This document shows positions 1 to 9,084 of a stretch of DNA of 64,000 nt, piece by piece (position 1 is the first letter of the stretch; each line of letters starts with the position of its first letter). Position numbers and translations under genes: made by a program. Origin of the DNA: Candidatus Phosphitivorax anaerolimi (GTDB lineage Bacteria; Desulfobacterota; Desulfomonilia; UBA1062); contig MPOS01000012.1 of assembly GCA_001896555.1 (NCBI GenBank), forward strand, positions 81,195 to 145,194, read 5' to 3'. The notes under the pieces are model-generated. The model made no database searches and was not told the origin of the DNA. It saw only the letters and a list, made by a program, of their open reading frames with translations.

Positions 1-3000
1 AGCGAGCTCGCTTTCGAGAGCAGGGTCCTCTTCGACCACGAGCTCATCACAGACCAGACCGAGCTCCTCTACGAGACCGTGGGCGACTTCTACCGGATGC
101 ACTTCACCGATTCCATGCCCCGGGAGCTCGCCCACTATGCCATGAACAAAAGTCACACCTTCGGCTTTTTCCTCAGGCTCATCCGGCAGGCGAGCCTCGA
201 TGTCCGGATCATCCCCGACCTCCCCGAGCCTGGGCTCGGGCCGTTGCTGGGCGCATACCGCGAGAGCTTCGGGCGTGTGAAGCGCCTCTGGAAAGAGGCG
301 GGAAGGGAGGTTGCGAGCCTCCTGCTGAACGACCCCGGGCTCAACCGCACCAGATACCGCACCCCCGGGGTATTGCGGCTGATCGAAGATATGGAGGAGT
401 ACGCCTCGTCCAACGGCACGGTGCTGCCTTTGTTCAAGGATTTCGAGAAGCTCACGGCCACGGCCGTGGAGAGCGCGACAAAAAAGGGATTCGAGCCTCT
501 GCGGCACACTTTCTTCACCCTGTGCGGTGAGCACAAAAGGATCTGTGACGAGCTCACGGATGGCATGGACCGCTGGCTTGCCTGGCTCAGGGTGCAGCTC
601 TTCCATCATGTCAGGACCAGCCTGCCCGCAAAGAAAGACGCATTGGGCGTGGTGCACTTCGACGACCTGCTGCTCAAGGTACGCGACAGCTTGGCATCCA
701 AGAGCGGCCCCATACTCAAGGAGAACCTTGCCGAGCGCTACCGCGCCGCCCTGATCGACGAGTTTCAGGATACCGACCCGGTGCAGTACGAGATCTTCCA
801 TACGGTATTTTCCGGCGCATCGCTGTTTCTGATCGGCGATCCCAAACAGGCCATCTACAGCTTCCGGGGCGCCGACATCTTCACCTACCTCAACGCCTCA
901 AAAGAGGTGGGCAAAGGCAACGTGCACACCCTGGAGAAAAACTGGCGCAGCGAGCCCGGGCTGGTCAGGGCGGTGAACAGCATCTTCGACAGGCAGGGCT
1001 CGTTCGTCTTCGATGAGATCCGCTTCATTCCTGTAACACCTGGAGAAAACCCCTTGCGTAAGGTCCTGCACGACCCGGGCACGGGGCCGCTCACCATCTG
1101 GTTTGCCGACGACGGCTCCCCTGAGGGGCTCACCAGGCACGACGCCGAGGAGCTCATCTCCCGGGCCGTGGCGGCCGAGATCTCCCGACTCCTCAGCTCG
1201 GGCGTGCGGGGCGAGGCCGTGCTCGGGCAAAGCGGGGTCGCGCCCCGCGACGTGGCGGTCATCGTGCGGGAAAACAGCCAGGGCAGGCTCATCCGCGATG
1301 TTCTGGCCGCCTGCGGCATCCCCTGCGTGCTCTCCAGCGAAGAGAACATCTTCGACACGCCCGAGGCCCTGGAGATGGAGTTTCTGCTCAGAGCGGTGGC
1401 GCAGCCCTATGTCGAGCCCTATGTCCGCACGGCCCTGGCCGGATCGCTCTTCGGCCTGGATGCTTCGGAGATCGACATGCTGGGACGGGACGACCGCCTG
1501 CTCGAGACCTGGGTCGAGCGGTTCAGGCAATATCACGATCTCTGGGCCCAGGCCGGCTTCATGCGGATGTTCAGGAAGCTCACGGCCGATGAGGGCGCGG
1601 GCGCGCGAATCCTCCGTCTCCCCAGGGGCGAGCGCATATACACGAACTTTCTGCACCTTGCCGAGGTGCTGAACCAGGCATACATGGAGCACAGGCCGGG
1701 CATGAGGGGGTTGATCAAGTGGCTCAACCAGCAGCGCGACCCGTCCATGCCCAGGGTCCAGGAGCACCAGCTCCGGCTGGAGAGCGACGAAGACGCGGTA
1801 AAGGTGATCACCGTGCACAAGAGCAAGGGCCTGGAGTTTCCCATCGTGTTCTGCCCGTTCCTCTGGGGGCCCTCCGGACTGCGCGGCGGCGCGGGCGTGG
1901 CGTTTCACGATGCAGAGCAGGGCTACCGGGCCTTCCTCGACCTGGGCTCCGACCGGCTGGCCGAGCACATGACCCAGGCTGAAAGAGAGCTCCTGGCCGA
2001 GGACATGAGGCTCGTGTACGTGGCTCTCACCCGGGCAAAAAACCGATGCTACCTGGTGTGGGGGAGGTTCAACAGAGGAGAGTCATCCGCACTCTCGCGT
2101 CTCTTTGCGCTGGGGGTTGGACGCGCGGCCGGGGAAGAGAGCGGCGGGACGGGCGAACTGGACCGCGGAACAGCCGGAGCAGAAGATCTTCATCTGTCCG
2201 GCGATTTGGTCCGGGACGTGCTGACAAGGGTCTGCCGGAGCGGTGAAGGCTGTATCCTGGTAGAGGACCTGCCCCGGGAGGCCCCGCAGCGGTTCATTCG
2301 GTCCGCAATCGATCCGGCACGGCTTTCCTGCCGCAGGTTCACGGGCAGGATCGACCGGTCGTGGCGGGTGTCGAGCTTCTCCTCCATGGTCTCTGACTCG
2401 CCGCACGGCGCCGATGCGGTCCAAGATGCCGGCGTGGCCGATCGGGATGCCCTGTACTGGACCTCACGCCTCGATGCCGGCGGAGAAGAGGCGGATGCCG
2501 GGGGCGTGTTTCGGCTGCCGGGCGGAGCCAGGACCGGGATCATGCTCCACTCTGTCTTCGAGCGTCTGCACTTCCAGGCCGGCGAGGCCGAGATACGGGC
2601 ATTGGTCGCCGGCACCCTGAATCTCCACGGGTTTGCGAGCGATTGGGAAGACACTGTTGTCGGCATGGTAAAGAATGCCCTCGCAATCGAGATCGACGGC
2701 GTTGCCCTGGCCGGGGTTCCAAACAGGATGACCCTGCGGGAGCTGGAGTTCTATCTGCCCGTCAGGAGGCTCTCGAAGCGGATTCTTGCGGATATCTTCG
2801 GGGGCCGCGGCTCGGTGCCGCCCGGTTTCCCTCAGATGCTGGAAGAGCTGCGGCTCGATGAGACCAGGGGTTTTCTCAGGGGGTTCATCGACCTGGTGTT
2901 CGCCTCGGGCGGGAAATACTATCTCCTGGACTGGAAGTCAAACCGCCTGGGCTCGGACATCGAGCACTACGGGCAGGAGTCAATGGAGGATGCGATGGTC

Positions 3001-3219
3001 AGGAATTACTACGTCCTGCAATATCACCTCTACACGGCTGCGCTCCACACCTACCTTCAGAAGCGGCTTGGAGGATATTCCTACCAGGAGCACTTCGGCG
3101 GGGTGATCTATGTCTTTCTCCGGGGGGTCGACCCTGCCAGGGGGCCGGAATACGGCGTCTACCGTGCGATGCCCGAGTGGGAGGTCATCCGCGATCTGAG
3201 CGCGAGGCTGGCGCCGTGA
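1..3219 (+). CDS. recB: Exodeoxyribonuclease V beta subunit RecB (N-terminus cut by window edge)
   Basis: The frame is open from nt 1; track ORF 79..3219 is the in-window part. SF1/UvrD helicase motifs are DEFQDTDPVQYEIF, LIGDPKQAIYSFRGADI, EKNWRS, VHKSKGLEFPIVF and YVALTRAKNRCYLV. The C-terminal PD-(D/E)XK nuclease block is GFIDLVF..YYLLDWKSN. recD follows about 30 nt downstream. Confidence 0.9.
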   Translation, partial: SELAFESRVLFDHELITDQTELLYETVGDFYRMHFTDSMPRELAHYAMNKSHTFGFFLRLIRQASLDVRIIPDLPEPGLGPLLGAYRESFGRVKRLWKEAGREVASLLLNDPGLNRTRYRTPGVLRLIEDMEEYASSNGTVLPLFKDFEKLTATAVESATKKGFEPLRHTFFTLCGEHKRICDELTDGMDRWLAWLRVQLFHHVRTSLPAKKDALGVVHFDDLLLKVRDSLASKSGPILKENLAERYRAALIDEFQDTDPVQYEIFHTVFSGASLFLIGDPKQAIYSFRGADIFTYLNASKEVGKGNVHTLEKNWRSEPGLVRAVNSIFDRQGSFVFDEIRFIPVTPGENPLRKVLHDPGTGPLTIWFADDGSPEGLTRHDAEELISRAVAAEISRLLSSGVRGEAVLGQSGVAPRDVAVIVRENSQGRLIRDVLAACGIPCVLSSEENIFDTPEALEMEFLLRAVAQPYVEPYVRTALAGSLFGLDASEIDMLGRDDRLLETWVERFRQYHDLWAQAGFMRMFRKLTADEGAGARILRLPRGERIYTNFLHLAEVLNQAYMEHRPGMRGLIKWLNQQRDPSMPRVQEHQLRLESDEDAVKVITVHKSKGLEFPIVFCPFLWGPSGLRGGAGVAFHDAEQGYRAFLDLGSDRLAEHMTQAERELLAEDMRLVYVALTRAKNRCYLVWGRFNRGESSALSRLFALGVGRAAGEESGGTGELDRGTAGAEDLHLSGDLVRDVLTRVCRSGEGCILVEDLPREAPQRFIRSAIDPARLSCRRFTGRIDRSWRVSSFSSMVSDSPHGADAVQDAGVADRDALYWTSRLDAGGEEADAGGVFRLPGGARTGIMLHSVFERLHFQAGEAEIRALVAGTLNLHGFASDWEDTVVGMVKNALAIEIDGVALAGVPNRMTLRELEFYLPVRRLSKRILADIFGGRGSVPPGFPQMLEELRLDETRGFLRGFIDLVFASGGKYYLLDWKSNRLGSDIEHYGQESMEDAMVRNYYVLQYHLYTAALHTYLQKRLGGYSYQEHFGGVIYVFLRGVDPARGPEYGVYRAMPEWEVIRDLSARLAP

Positions 3220-3250
3220 GGGGAAGTATTGCTTCAAGGGAGTGGAAAAC

Positions 3251-5143
3251 ATGAGTGCTTGGGATCCCGGACCATATCTGAAACCCGTCGATAACCGGGG
3301 CCTCAACGGCGAGGCCGCGTACTTCGCCCGCATCGACCTGCATTTTGCCCGGCTCATGGAGCAGCTCTCGCAGGCCCAAAACCAGGGCGTATCCGTTGCC
3401 GCGGCCCTGGTGAGCAGGTATACCCGGCAGGGGCACATCTGCATCGACCTCGCCTCCCACGCCGGCAGGGTCCTGGAAGACGAGACAACCGGCAGACGCA
3501 TCGAGTGCCCGCCGCTTGAGGAATGGCGCAAGGCGCTCGTATCTTCGCCCGTGGTGGGTAGCCCCGGCGAGTACCGGCCCCTGATCCTCGATTCTGCATC
3601 GCGGCTCTACCTCTGGCGCTACTGGAACCACGAGAGACTCCTTGCGGAGAAGCTGCTTGAACTCGGCAGGCAGAGCGTACCTCTCGATATCGGGGCGATC
3701 CGGTCCCGGCTCGGCCTGCACTTTTCCGGGCAGGCCTCAGGCGGCATCGATTGGCAGAAGGTGGCCGTGCTCATGGGGCTCAAAGGCGCGTTGTGCATCA
3801 TCACCGGCGGGCCCGGCACCGGGAAGACGACCGTGGTCACGCACATCCTGGCCATGCTCGCCCACCTCGACCCCAAGATCCGGGTGGCGCTCACCGCGCC
3901 TACGGGCAAGGCGGCCCAGCGGATCGACGAATCGCTCGGCAGGACGATGCGGTCTTTGCAGGAGGCCGGGGTGGAGCTTGCGATGCCGGCCCTGCGCGCC
4001 TCGACCATCCACCGGCTCCTGGGCGTGATCCCGGGCAGGGCGCGTGTGAGGCATTCAGCGGAGAATCCCCTGCCGCACGACGTGGTGGTGGTCGATGAGG
4101 CGTCCATGGCCTCGCTCAGTCTCATGGCCAGGCTCGTCCAGGCCCTGAAGCCGGGGGCCCGGCTCATCCTGGTGGGTGACCGAGACCAGCTTTCCTCGGT
4201 TGAGCCCGGACACGTGCTGGGGGATATCTGCGACATCGGCTCCGGCCCCTGCTACTCCCATAAGACCTGCGGGCTCATCCGGGAAGCGGCCGGCTACGAG
4301 CTTGCAGCCGGGAACCCTCAAGGACTGCAGGACTGCCTGGTGGAGCTGAAGCACACCCACCGGTTCGGTCCTGAGAGCGGGATCAGACAGATCAGCGAGG
4401 CGGTGCGCGCGGGCGATGCGAACCTGTGTGTGCAGAGGATTCTCAGAGGGGAGTTTTCAGATGTATGCATGCAGGAGATCTCCTCGCCCAAGATGCTTGC
4501 CGGGAGCCTGGAGCAGGCCGCGCTTGAGGGGTACGGCCCCTGCCTGCGCGCGGCCGGGGTCGAGGAGCGGTTCGACCTGTTCGCCGGGTTCCGGGTGCTG
4601 TGTGCTCTGCGGGAAGGCCCGTTCGGGATCGAGGCGATAAACCGCCTCATCGAAGAGATCCTCTCCAGAAAGGGGCTCATCCGTGCAGGCAGCCTGCACT
4701 ATCACGGCAGGCCGGTGCTCGTGACCTCCAACGACTACACGGTCAAGCTGTTCAACGGCGACATCGGCTTCATTCTCGCAGATGAGCTGGACGGCGAGCT
4801 GCGGGCGTTCTTCCCCGGGCCTGACGGGACCGTGCGCAGGATATCCCTGGCGCGGCTCCCCGAGCACGAGACCGCCTTTGCCATGACCGTGCACAAGAGC
4901 CAGGGGTCGGAGTTTTCCCGGGTGGTGCTCGTCCTGCCGCCCAGGGAGAGCCCGGTGCTCACTCGCGAGCTGGTGTACACCGGGATAACCAGGGCGAGCA
5001 GGTGGCTTGACATCTGGGCCGGCCCCGATATCTTTGCCGCCGCCGTCCGCAGGCGCACGGAGCGGATGTCCGGGCTGAACGATCTGCTGAAAGACCGCGG
5101 GCCGGGCGGGAATTCCGGCGATTCGTCTCTTCGCCGCCCCTAG
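3251..5143 (+). CDS. recD: Exodeoxyribonuclease V alpha subunit RecD
   Basis: Walker A ITGGPGTGKTT, VVVDEASM, LILVGDRDQLSSVEPG, TVHKSQGSEF and LVYTGITRA give the RecD-type SF1 helicase pattern. ATG 3251 is preferred over GTG 3242 because AAGGGAG lies 8 nt upstream of it. Confidence 0.88.
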   Translation: MSAWDPGPYLKPVDNRGLNGEAAYFARIDLHFARLMEQLSQAQNQGVSVAAALVSRYTRQGHICIDLASHAGRVLEDETTGRRIECPPLEEWRKALVSSPVVGSPGEYRPLILDSASRLYLWRYWNHERLLAEKLLELGRQSVPLDIGAIRSRLGLHFSGQASGGIDWQKVAVLMGLKGALCIITGGPGTGKTTVVTHILAMLAHLDPKIRVALTAPTGKAAQRIDESLGRTMRSLQEAGVELAMPALRASTIHRLLGVIPGRARVRHSAENPLPHDVVVVDEASMASLSLMARLVQALKPGARLILVGDRDQLSSVEPGHVLGDICDIGSGPCYSHKTCGLIREAAGYELAAGNPQGLQDCLVELKHTHRFGPESGIRQISEAVRAGDANLCVQRILRGEFSDVCMQEISSPKMLAGSLEQAALEGYGPCLRAAGVEERFDLFAGFRVLCALREGPFGIEAINRLIEEILSRKGLIRAGSLHYHGRPVLVTSNDYTVKLFNGDIGFILADELDGELRAFFPGPDGTVRRISLARLPEHETAFAMTVHKSQGSEFSRVVLVLPPRESPVLTRELVYTGITRASRWLDIWAGPDIFAAAVRRRTERMSGLNDLLKDRGPGGNSGDSSLRRP

Positions 5144-5227
5144 GCTCCGGGTACGGCCGGCGGTATATTTTCGCACCGGGATATGCTATGTTCCGGAATC
5201 GACAAAACCAGTGAGAGGCAGGTGTTT

Positions 5228-5329
5228 ATGAGAGTGTTTCTGACAGGGTTCGCACTTGTGCTGTCAGTAATCGCAGGGATCCTGGTCCTCGTGCACCTGA
5301 GCTGCATGGGCTATCTGAATCGGTCCTAA
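5228..5329 (+). CDS. Possible 33-aa hydrophobic peptide (MRVFLTGFALVLSVIAGILVLVHLSCMGYLNRS)
   Basis: ATG is preceded by GAGAGG. There is a single predicted TM segment. The ORF is below the track size cut-off, and an 8-bp hairpin GCATTCAG-CCC-CTGAATGC (5344-5362) follows it. No homology was recognised. Confidence 0.2.
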   Translation: MRVFLTGFALVLSVIAGILVLVHLSCMGYLNRS

Positions 5330-5391
5330 AACCGGATCCTGGCGCATTCAGCCCCTGAATGCCGGTTGCGCAATGAATTGACGAATTCCGA

Positions 5392-5673
5392 ATTCGGGGA
5401 CGGGTTCACATTAGGACGCCCGGTTTCCCGGCCTGACCCGGCGCTGGAAAGAAATCCACCGGTCCGGCAAAAGAATGCGAACCCTCAAGATCCGGCAAGT
5501 GTACACCGGTGCCTGAACTCTCCTTTGTACCCGCTCCTTAAGGACCTGAAGGGAGGGGGTCACATGCCCCGCCGCTTGCACTTTTCACCGGGTCCAAGGC
5601 TTGCCCTGAAGGGTCCATACCATTGGCCGCAGGCTACCGGATGGAAAGACGAAATGTGAACCCGTCCTCGAAA
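5392..5673. repeat. Inverted-repeat-bounded non-coding element of about 280 nt (MITE-like or structured RNA)
   Basis: GGACGGGTTCACATT (5398-5412) is the exact reverse complement of AATGTGAACCCGTCC (5653-5667). Flanking bases extend the similarity (ATTCGGGGAC.. on the left, ..GTCCTCGAAAAG on the right). By eye, the next ~25 nt inward on each side are also partly complementary (TTTCC..CCGG..CCTG). The only ORF spanning it (5366..5659) looks non-coding. Confidence 0.55.
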
Positions 5674-5681
5674 AGAGGTGG

Positions 5682-5987
5682 TTAGACCACTACCACCGAG
5701 TTGTCGGCGTCTCCATAGGGAGTGGGGACATACTTGTCTGCACTGTCGTCATTCTCCCAGGTGTTGTCGAGGAGATACCTGAACTGGTATTCGCGGTCTT
5801 TTTCGAGATTCATGGAGAGCTCAAAGGATCCGTCTTTGCGTTGCTTCATGGGATTCGTCTGGGCGTTCCAGTTGTTGAAGTCGCCTACGAGGTAGGCATT
5901 CCGGGCCGATTTGCCCATATGTTTTGGTATGGTGAACGTTACTTTGCAGACCGGTTTTCCCTTGAGATACTGTTTTTTGATACTCAT
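5682..5987 (-). CDS. CBM48 / AMPK-beta-like glycogen-binding module protein (101 aa)
   Basis: Start moved to ATG 5987, which has AAGGAGGAAAGG directly upstream. VTFTIP..AYLVGDFNNWN..FELSMNLEKDREYQFRYLLDNTWENDD matches the E-set/CBM48 pattern. It lies downstream of glgX on the same strand. Confidence 0.75.
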   Translation of the reverse strand: MSIKKQYLKGKPVCKVTFTIPKHMGKSARNAYLVGDFNNWNAQTNPMKQRKDGSFELSMNLEKDREYQFRYLLDNTWENDDSADKYVPTPYGDADNSVVVV

Positions 5988-6205
5988 CCTTTCCTCCTTA
6001 CACTGCCTTGACCATATGCCAGAGGCAACAAGCCCCAATAAAATACCTACACACTATTAATACCACGAGGAACGGGCGAGTCAATATCCCAGTTGCGCGA
6101 AACAGGTACAGGCTGTAACCGGGCGGGGATTCCATAAAAAGGAAAGGACCGGGCATAAGGAGCGGCTGGGAGTGTGCCCGGGGTAAGAAACCCGATGCAT
6201 CGAAA

Positions 6206-8263
6206 TCATTTTGAAACGAGCACGACCGTGCTCCGGGCATCGGCCTGGTACAGTTTCGACCCGATATGCGGGGCCTTTGCCAGAGGGACATAGTCCTCGC
6301 CGCCGGCAAGAGAGGTGTCGATGAGCCGGTGCCAGGTCTGGCCGGTCCACGAGGGCGGGATCTCGAATGCGAGAGGCTCCCAGAAGGCGTTGAGGATGGC
6401 GAACACGTGCTCCCCCTTTGCCGGGGCCTTGAGCTCGAAGGCGATGCTGTGGGAATCCTCGCTGAAGTCCGGCCGGTTGAGATGGACCCCGTGCCAGGTA
6501 ATGGTCGTGTCGGTGTGCGAAAGAGACCGGGTGAGCACATATTTGTGGTGGAACACTGAATACGACCGGGTGAAGTGGATCAGGCCCCTGACAAATCGGA
6601 GCAGGTCTGCATTCGTCTTCGTAAGCGACCAGTCGAACCAGGTCAGCTCGCTGTCCTGACAGTAGGCATTGTTGTTTCCCTGCTGGGTCCGCCTCACCTC
6701 GTCCCCCATGAGCATCATGGGCGTGCCCTGGGAGGTGAGCAGGATGGTGAGGAAGTTTTTGATCTGCTTGATCCGCAGGCTCTCCACGGCCGGATCGTCG
6801 GTGGGGCCTTCCTTTCCGCAGTTCCAGCTGTGGTTCAGGCTGTAGCCGTCCCGGTTTCCTTCCAGGTTGGCCTCGTTGTGCTTCACATTGTAGGAGACCA
6901 GGTCGTTGAGGGTGAACCCGTCGTGGCAGGTGACGAAGTTGATGCTCCGGTTCGTCTCGCGGTCGGGTTCGAGATAGATGTCGGGGCTGCCCACGATCCG
7001 GTTTGCGAGCTTGAAGGTCATGCCCCGGTCTCCCTTGACAAAGCACCGCACGTCGTCCCGGAAATGGCTGTTCCACTCGGCAAACCGCTCGCCGATGAAC
7101 GACCCCACCTGATAGAGCCCGGCCGCATCCCATGCCTCGGCGATGATCTTGGTGCCGGAGAGCACCGGGTCGGACTCGATGGACCAGAGGATGGGCGGCT
7201 TTTCCAGCGGCTCACCCGACTCACCCCTGCACATGACCGAGGCCAGATCGAACCGGAACCCGTCCACGTGCATCTGCTCGACCCAATAGCGCAGACACTC
7301 CATGATCATCCTGCGTACGATGGAGAAGTTCGTGTTCACGGTGTTGCCGCATCCGGTGAAATTCTCGTAGCGCTGCCGGGCGAGATTGTAGATGTAGTAC
7401 GAGTTGTTCTCGATTCCCCTGAACGACTGCGTGGGCCCGTCGTGTCCTGCCTCGGCCGTGTGGTTGAACACCACGTCCAGGATAACCTCGATGCCGTGGC
7501 GGTGGAGGGCCTTGACCATGTCTCTGAACTCGTTCACAGGCCCCAGCGGGTCACGCGACGAGCTGTATCCGCAGTGCGGGGCAAAAAAGGCCATGGGGCT
7601 GTAGCCCCAGTAGTTCTTCAGCGGGCGGGGAGCGTCCTGTTCATCGAACTGCTGGACAGGCATCAGCTCGACCGAGGTGATGCCCAGGTCCTTGAGATAG
7701 CCGATCTTCTCGATAAGTCCGGTATAGGTGCCTCTGAGTTTCTCGGGCAGGCCGGAGTTCTGGTGGCGGGTGAATCCACCCACGTGGAGCTCGTAGATGA
7801 TGTTGGTGGGGTAGGGAGCCCGCAGGGGCTCGTCACCCTCCCAGTCATAGGCGAGCGGGTCTACGACCACGGATTTTGCGGCCCACGCACAGTTGTCGCC
7901 CGGCCTGCAGGCGGAGGCACGGTCGTAGTTCCTTCCCACGGCCACGGCCTTGGCATAGGGGTCGAGCAAGAGCTTCTGCCCGTCGAAGAAGAGGCCCCGC
8001 GACGGATCGTGCGGGCCGAAGATACGGTAGCCATAGAGCTGGCCTGGTTTGACACCGCGGACAAAGACATGCCAGTAGTAGAACGACTTGTTCAGCGACG
8101 GATCGAGCCTGATCACCCGCGAGGGGACCACGTCGTCGTGGTCGTCAAACAGGAGCAGCTCCACGATATGGCAGCTCTTGGAAAAGATGCAGAAGTTAAC
8201 ACCCTCGGGATACACCGTGGCTCCCAAGGGGTAACTTTTGCCTGGCAGAATATCGCCTCTCAT
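6206..8263 (-). CDS. glgX: Glycogen debranching enzyme (isoamylase-type GH13)
   Basis: 685 aa. The N-terminus is PLGATVYPEGVNFCIFS. GH13 catalytic blocks are VILDVVFNHT, VDGFRFDLASV, IAEAWD and NFVTCHDGFTLND. Confidence 0.92.
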   Translation of the reverse strand: MRGDILPGKSYPLGATVYPEGVNFCIFSKSCHIVELLLFDDHDDVVPSRVIRLDPSLNKSFYYWHVFVRGVKPGQLYGYRIFGPHDPSRGLFFDGQKLLLDPYAKAVAVGRNYDRASACRPGDNCAWAAKSVVVDPLAYDWEGDEPLRAPYPTNIIYELHVGGFTRHQNSGLPEKLRGTYTGLIEKIGYLKDLGITSVELMPVQQFDEQDAPRPLKNYWGYSPMAFFAPHCGYSSSRDPLGPVNEFRDMVKALHRHGIEVILDVVFNHTAEAGHDGPTQSFRGIENNSYYIYNLARQRYENFTGCGNTVNTNFSIVRRMIMECLRYWVEQMHVDGFRFDLASVMCRGESGEPLEKPPILWSIESDPVLSGTKIIAEAWDAAGLYQVGSFIGERFAEWNSHFRDDVRCFVKGDRGMTFKLANRIVGSPDIYLEPDRETNRSINFVTCHDGFTLNDLVSYNVKHNEANLEGNRDGYSLNHSWNCGKEGPTDDPAVESLRIKQIKNFLTILLTSQGTPMMLMGDEVRRTQQGNNNAYCQDSELTWFDWSLTKTNADLLRFVRGLIHFTRSYSVFHHKYVLTRSLSHTDTTITWHGVHLNRPDFSEDSHSIAFELKAPAKGEHVFAILNAFWEPLAFEIPPSWTGQTWHRLIDTSLAGGEDYVPLAKAPHIGSKLYQADARSTVVLVSK

Positions 8264-8482
8264 GAAGTATGGTCCCTGATCGCTTCGTTCGTGAAAAAAA
8301 AGATGAATGCCTTCCTGTGCAAAGAAATCCTTTCTGCTCGAAAAATAGAGGGTCGGATGGAGCGATCACGATCCCGGAAACATATCTATCACATGCGTTA
8401 TAGTATTACCAGCTTCTTGTAAGATCAGGAGATCATACATCTTTCGGCCTGATGCAGGACAGGGTCAAGGTCCTTTCCCGAT

Positions 8483-8687
8483 GATCTGCCTATAGAAGCC
8501 CTCCCCTGATGGGATCTGCCGTGAACGAAGCGGGGAATCGGTTTCCTGTTTTTTGGGAAACGTCCTGTCTTGCAAGACAATCCGATGGAGAAACCGCTCA
8601 GGCCTTGCTGACAGAACCCTTTGAAAATGCGATATAATCGCTTATACACCATCACTGGTACACTTCTTGATAGTCATCTGATCTGCC
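8483..8687. repeat. Three copies of the 8-mer GATCTGCC in the glgX upstream spacer
   Basis: Copies are at 8483-8490, 8513-8520 and 8680-8687. The first two are 30 nt apart and both preceded by GATG. AGATCA-GG-AGATCA lies at 8422-8435 and the palindrome GTCTTGCAAGAC at 8567-8578. Confidence 0.4.
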
Positions 8688-9084
8688 CTTGGAAAAGTGG
8701 CTGGTTCATGAGAAAGCCGCGGGTATTTTTCCTTGTTGTTGTAGGTCTTCTTGCGCTTATCACTCTTCATTTTCGTGGTCATGGAGGGCACTCGTGCACA
8801 TGACCGGGACTTGGTTCTCAGGTCTGTACGATCTCCAGACAGCCAAAGCAGGCGGCGGGGAGGTCTGATACCGGAAACCGGTATTCCGGAAGTGCAAAGG
8901 CAAAGATCCGGATGCATGCAGCGGCTGTGTCCGGTTGGGGAATATTTTTCCGGCACTGGTGCGGGCGGTCTTGAACGGGCCGAACGTGCGGATGCCGGAG
9001 AAAGTTCCTCTGGACGGTGCCGCGATCAGAGAAAAGACAGCACCCGAGTTTCCTTGAAAAACAGGAAAGAAGGAGGATGCCGAG

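Noticed and set aside
5398-5412. Reading the TTCACA/TGTGAA core as a CRP/FNR or Rex operator half-site, or as a -35 element
   Set aside because: No partner half-site occurs at the 4-6 nt (Rex) or 6 nt (CRP) spacing in any copy. No shared -10 hexamer lies 16-18 nt downstream in the four copies.
5366-5659. 97-aa ORF spanning almost exactly the inverted-repeat element
   Set aside because: It has a TTG start, no Shine-Dalgarno and a Pro/Arg/Gly-rich, unprotein-like sequence. Its boundaries are simply set by the repeat arms.
5652-5684. Stop-codon readthrough producing a conserved DGFTF C-terminal extension
   Set aside because: The sequences after the motif are unrelated and quickly hit stops. 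Conservation is at the nucleotide level, not the peptide level. Frame agreement could be chance. It is kept only as a note inside a finding.
6575-8422. 615-aa ORF on the plus strand
   Set aside because: It lies entirely antisense to glgX, whose GH13 motifs are unambiguous. Its composition is Gly/Val/Asp/His/Pro-rich, typical of a shadow frame in GC-rich DNA.
8708-8960. Possible selenoprotein: 31-codon ORF continuing through TGA
   Set aside because: The post-TGA frame is Arg/Gly/Ser-rich and unprotein-like. No SECIS-like hairpin was seen directly after the TGA.
8264-9084. Apparent cluster of 11 GATC sites (Dam/SeqA or origin-like)
   Set aside because: GATC is equally frequent in the neighbouring coding sequence of this genome, roughly one per 60-100 nt by eye, so there is no real enrichment.
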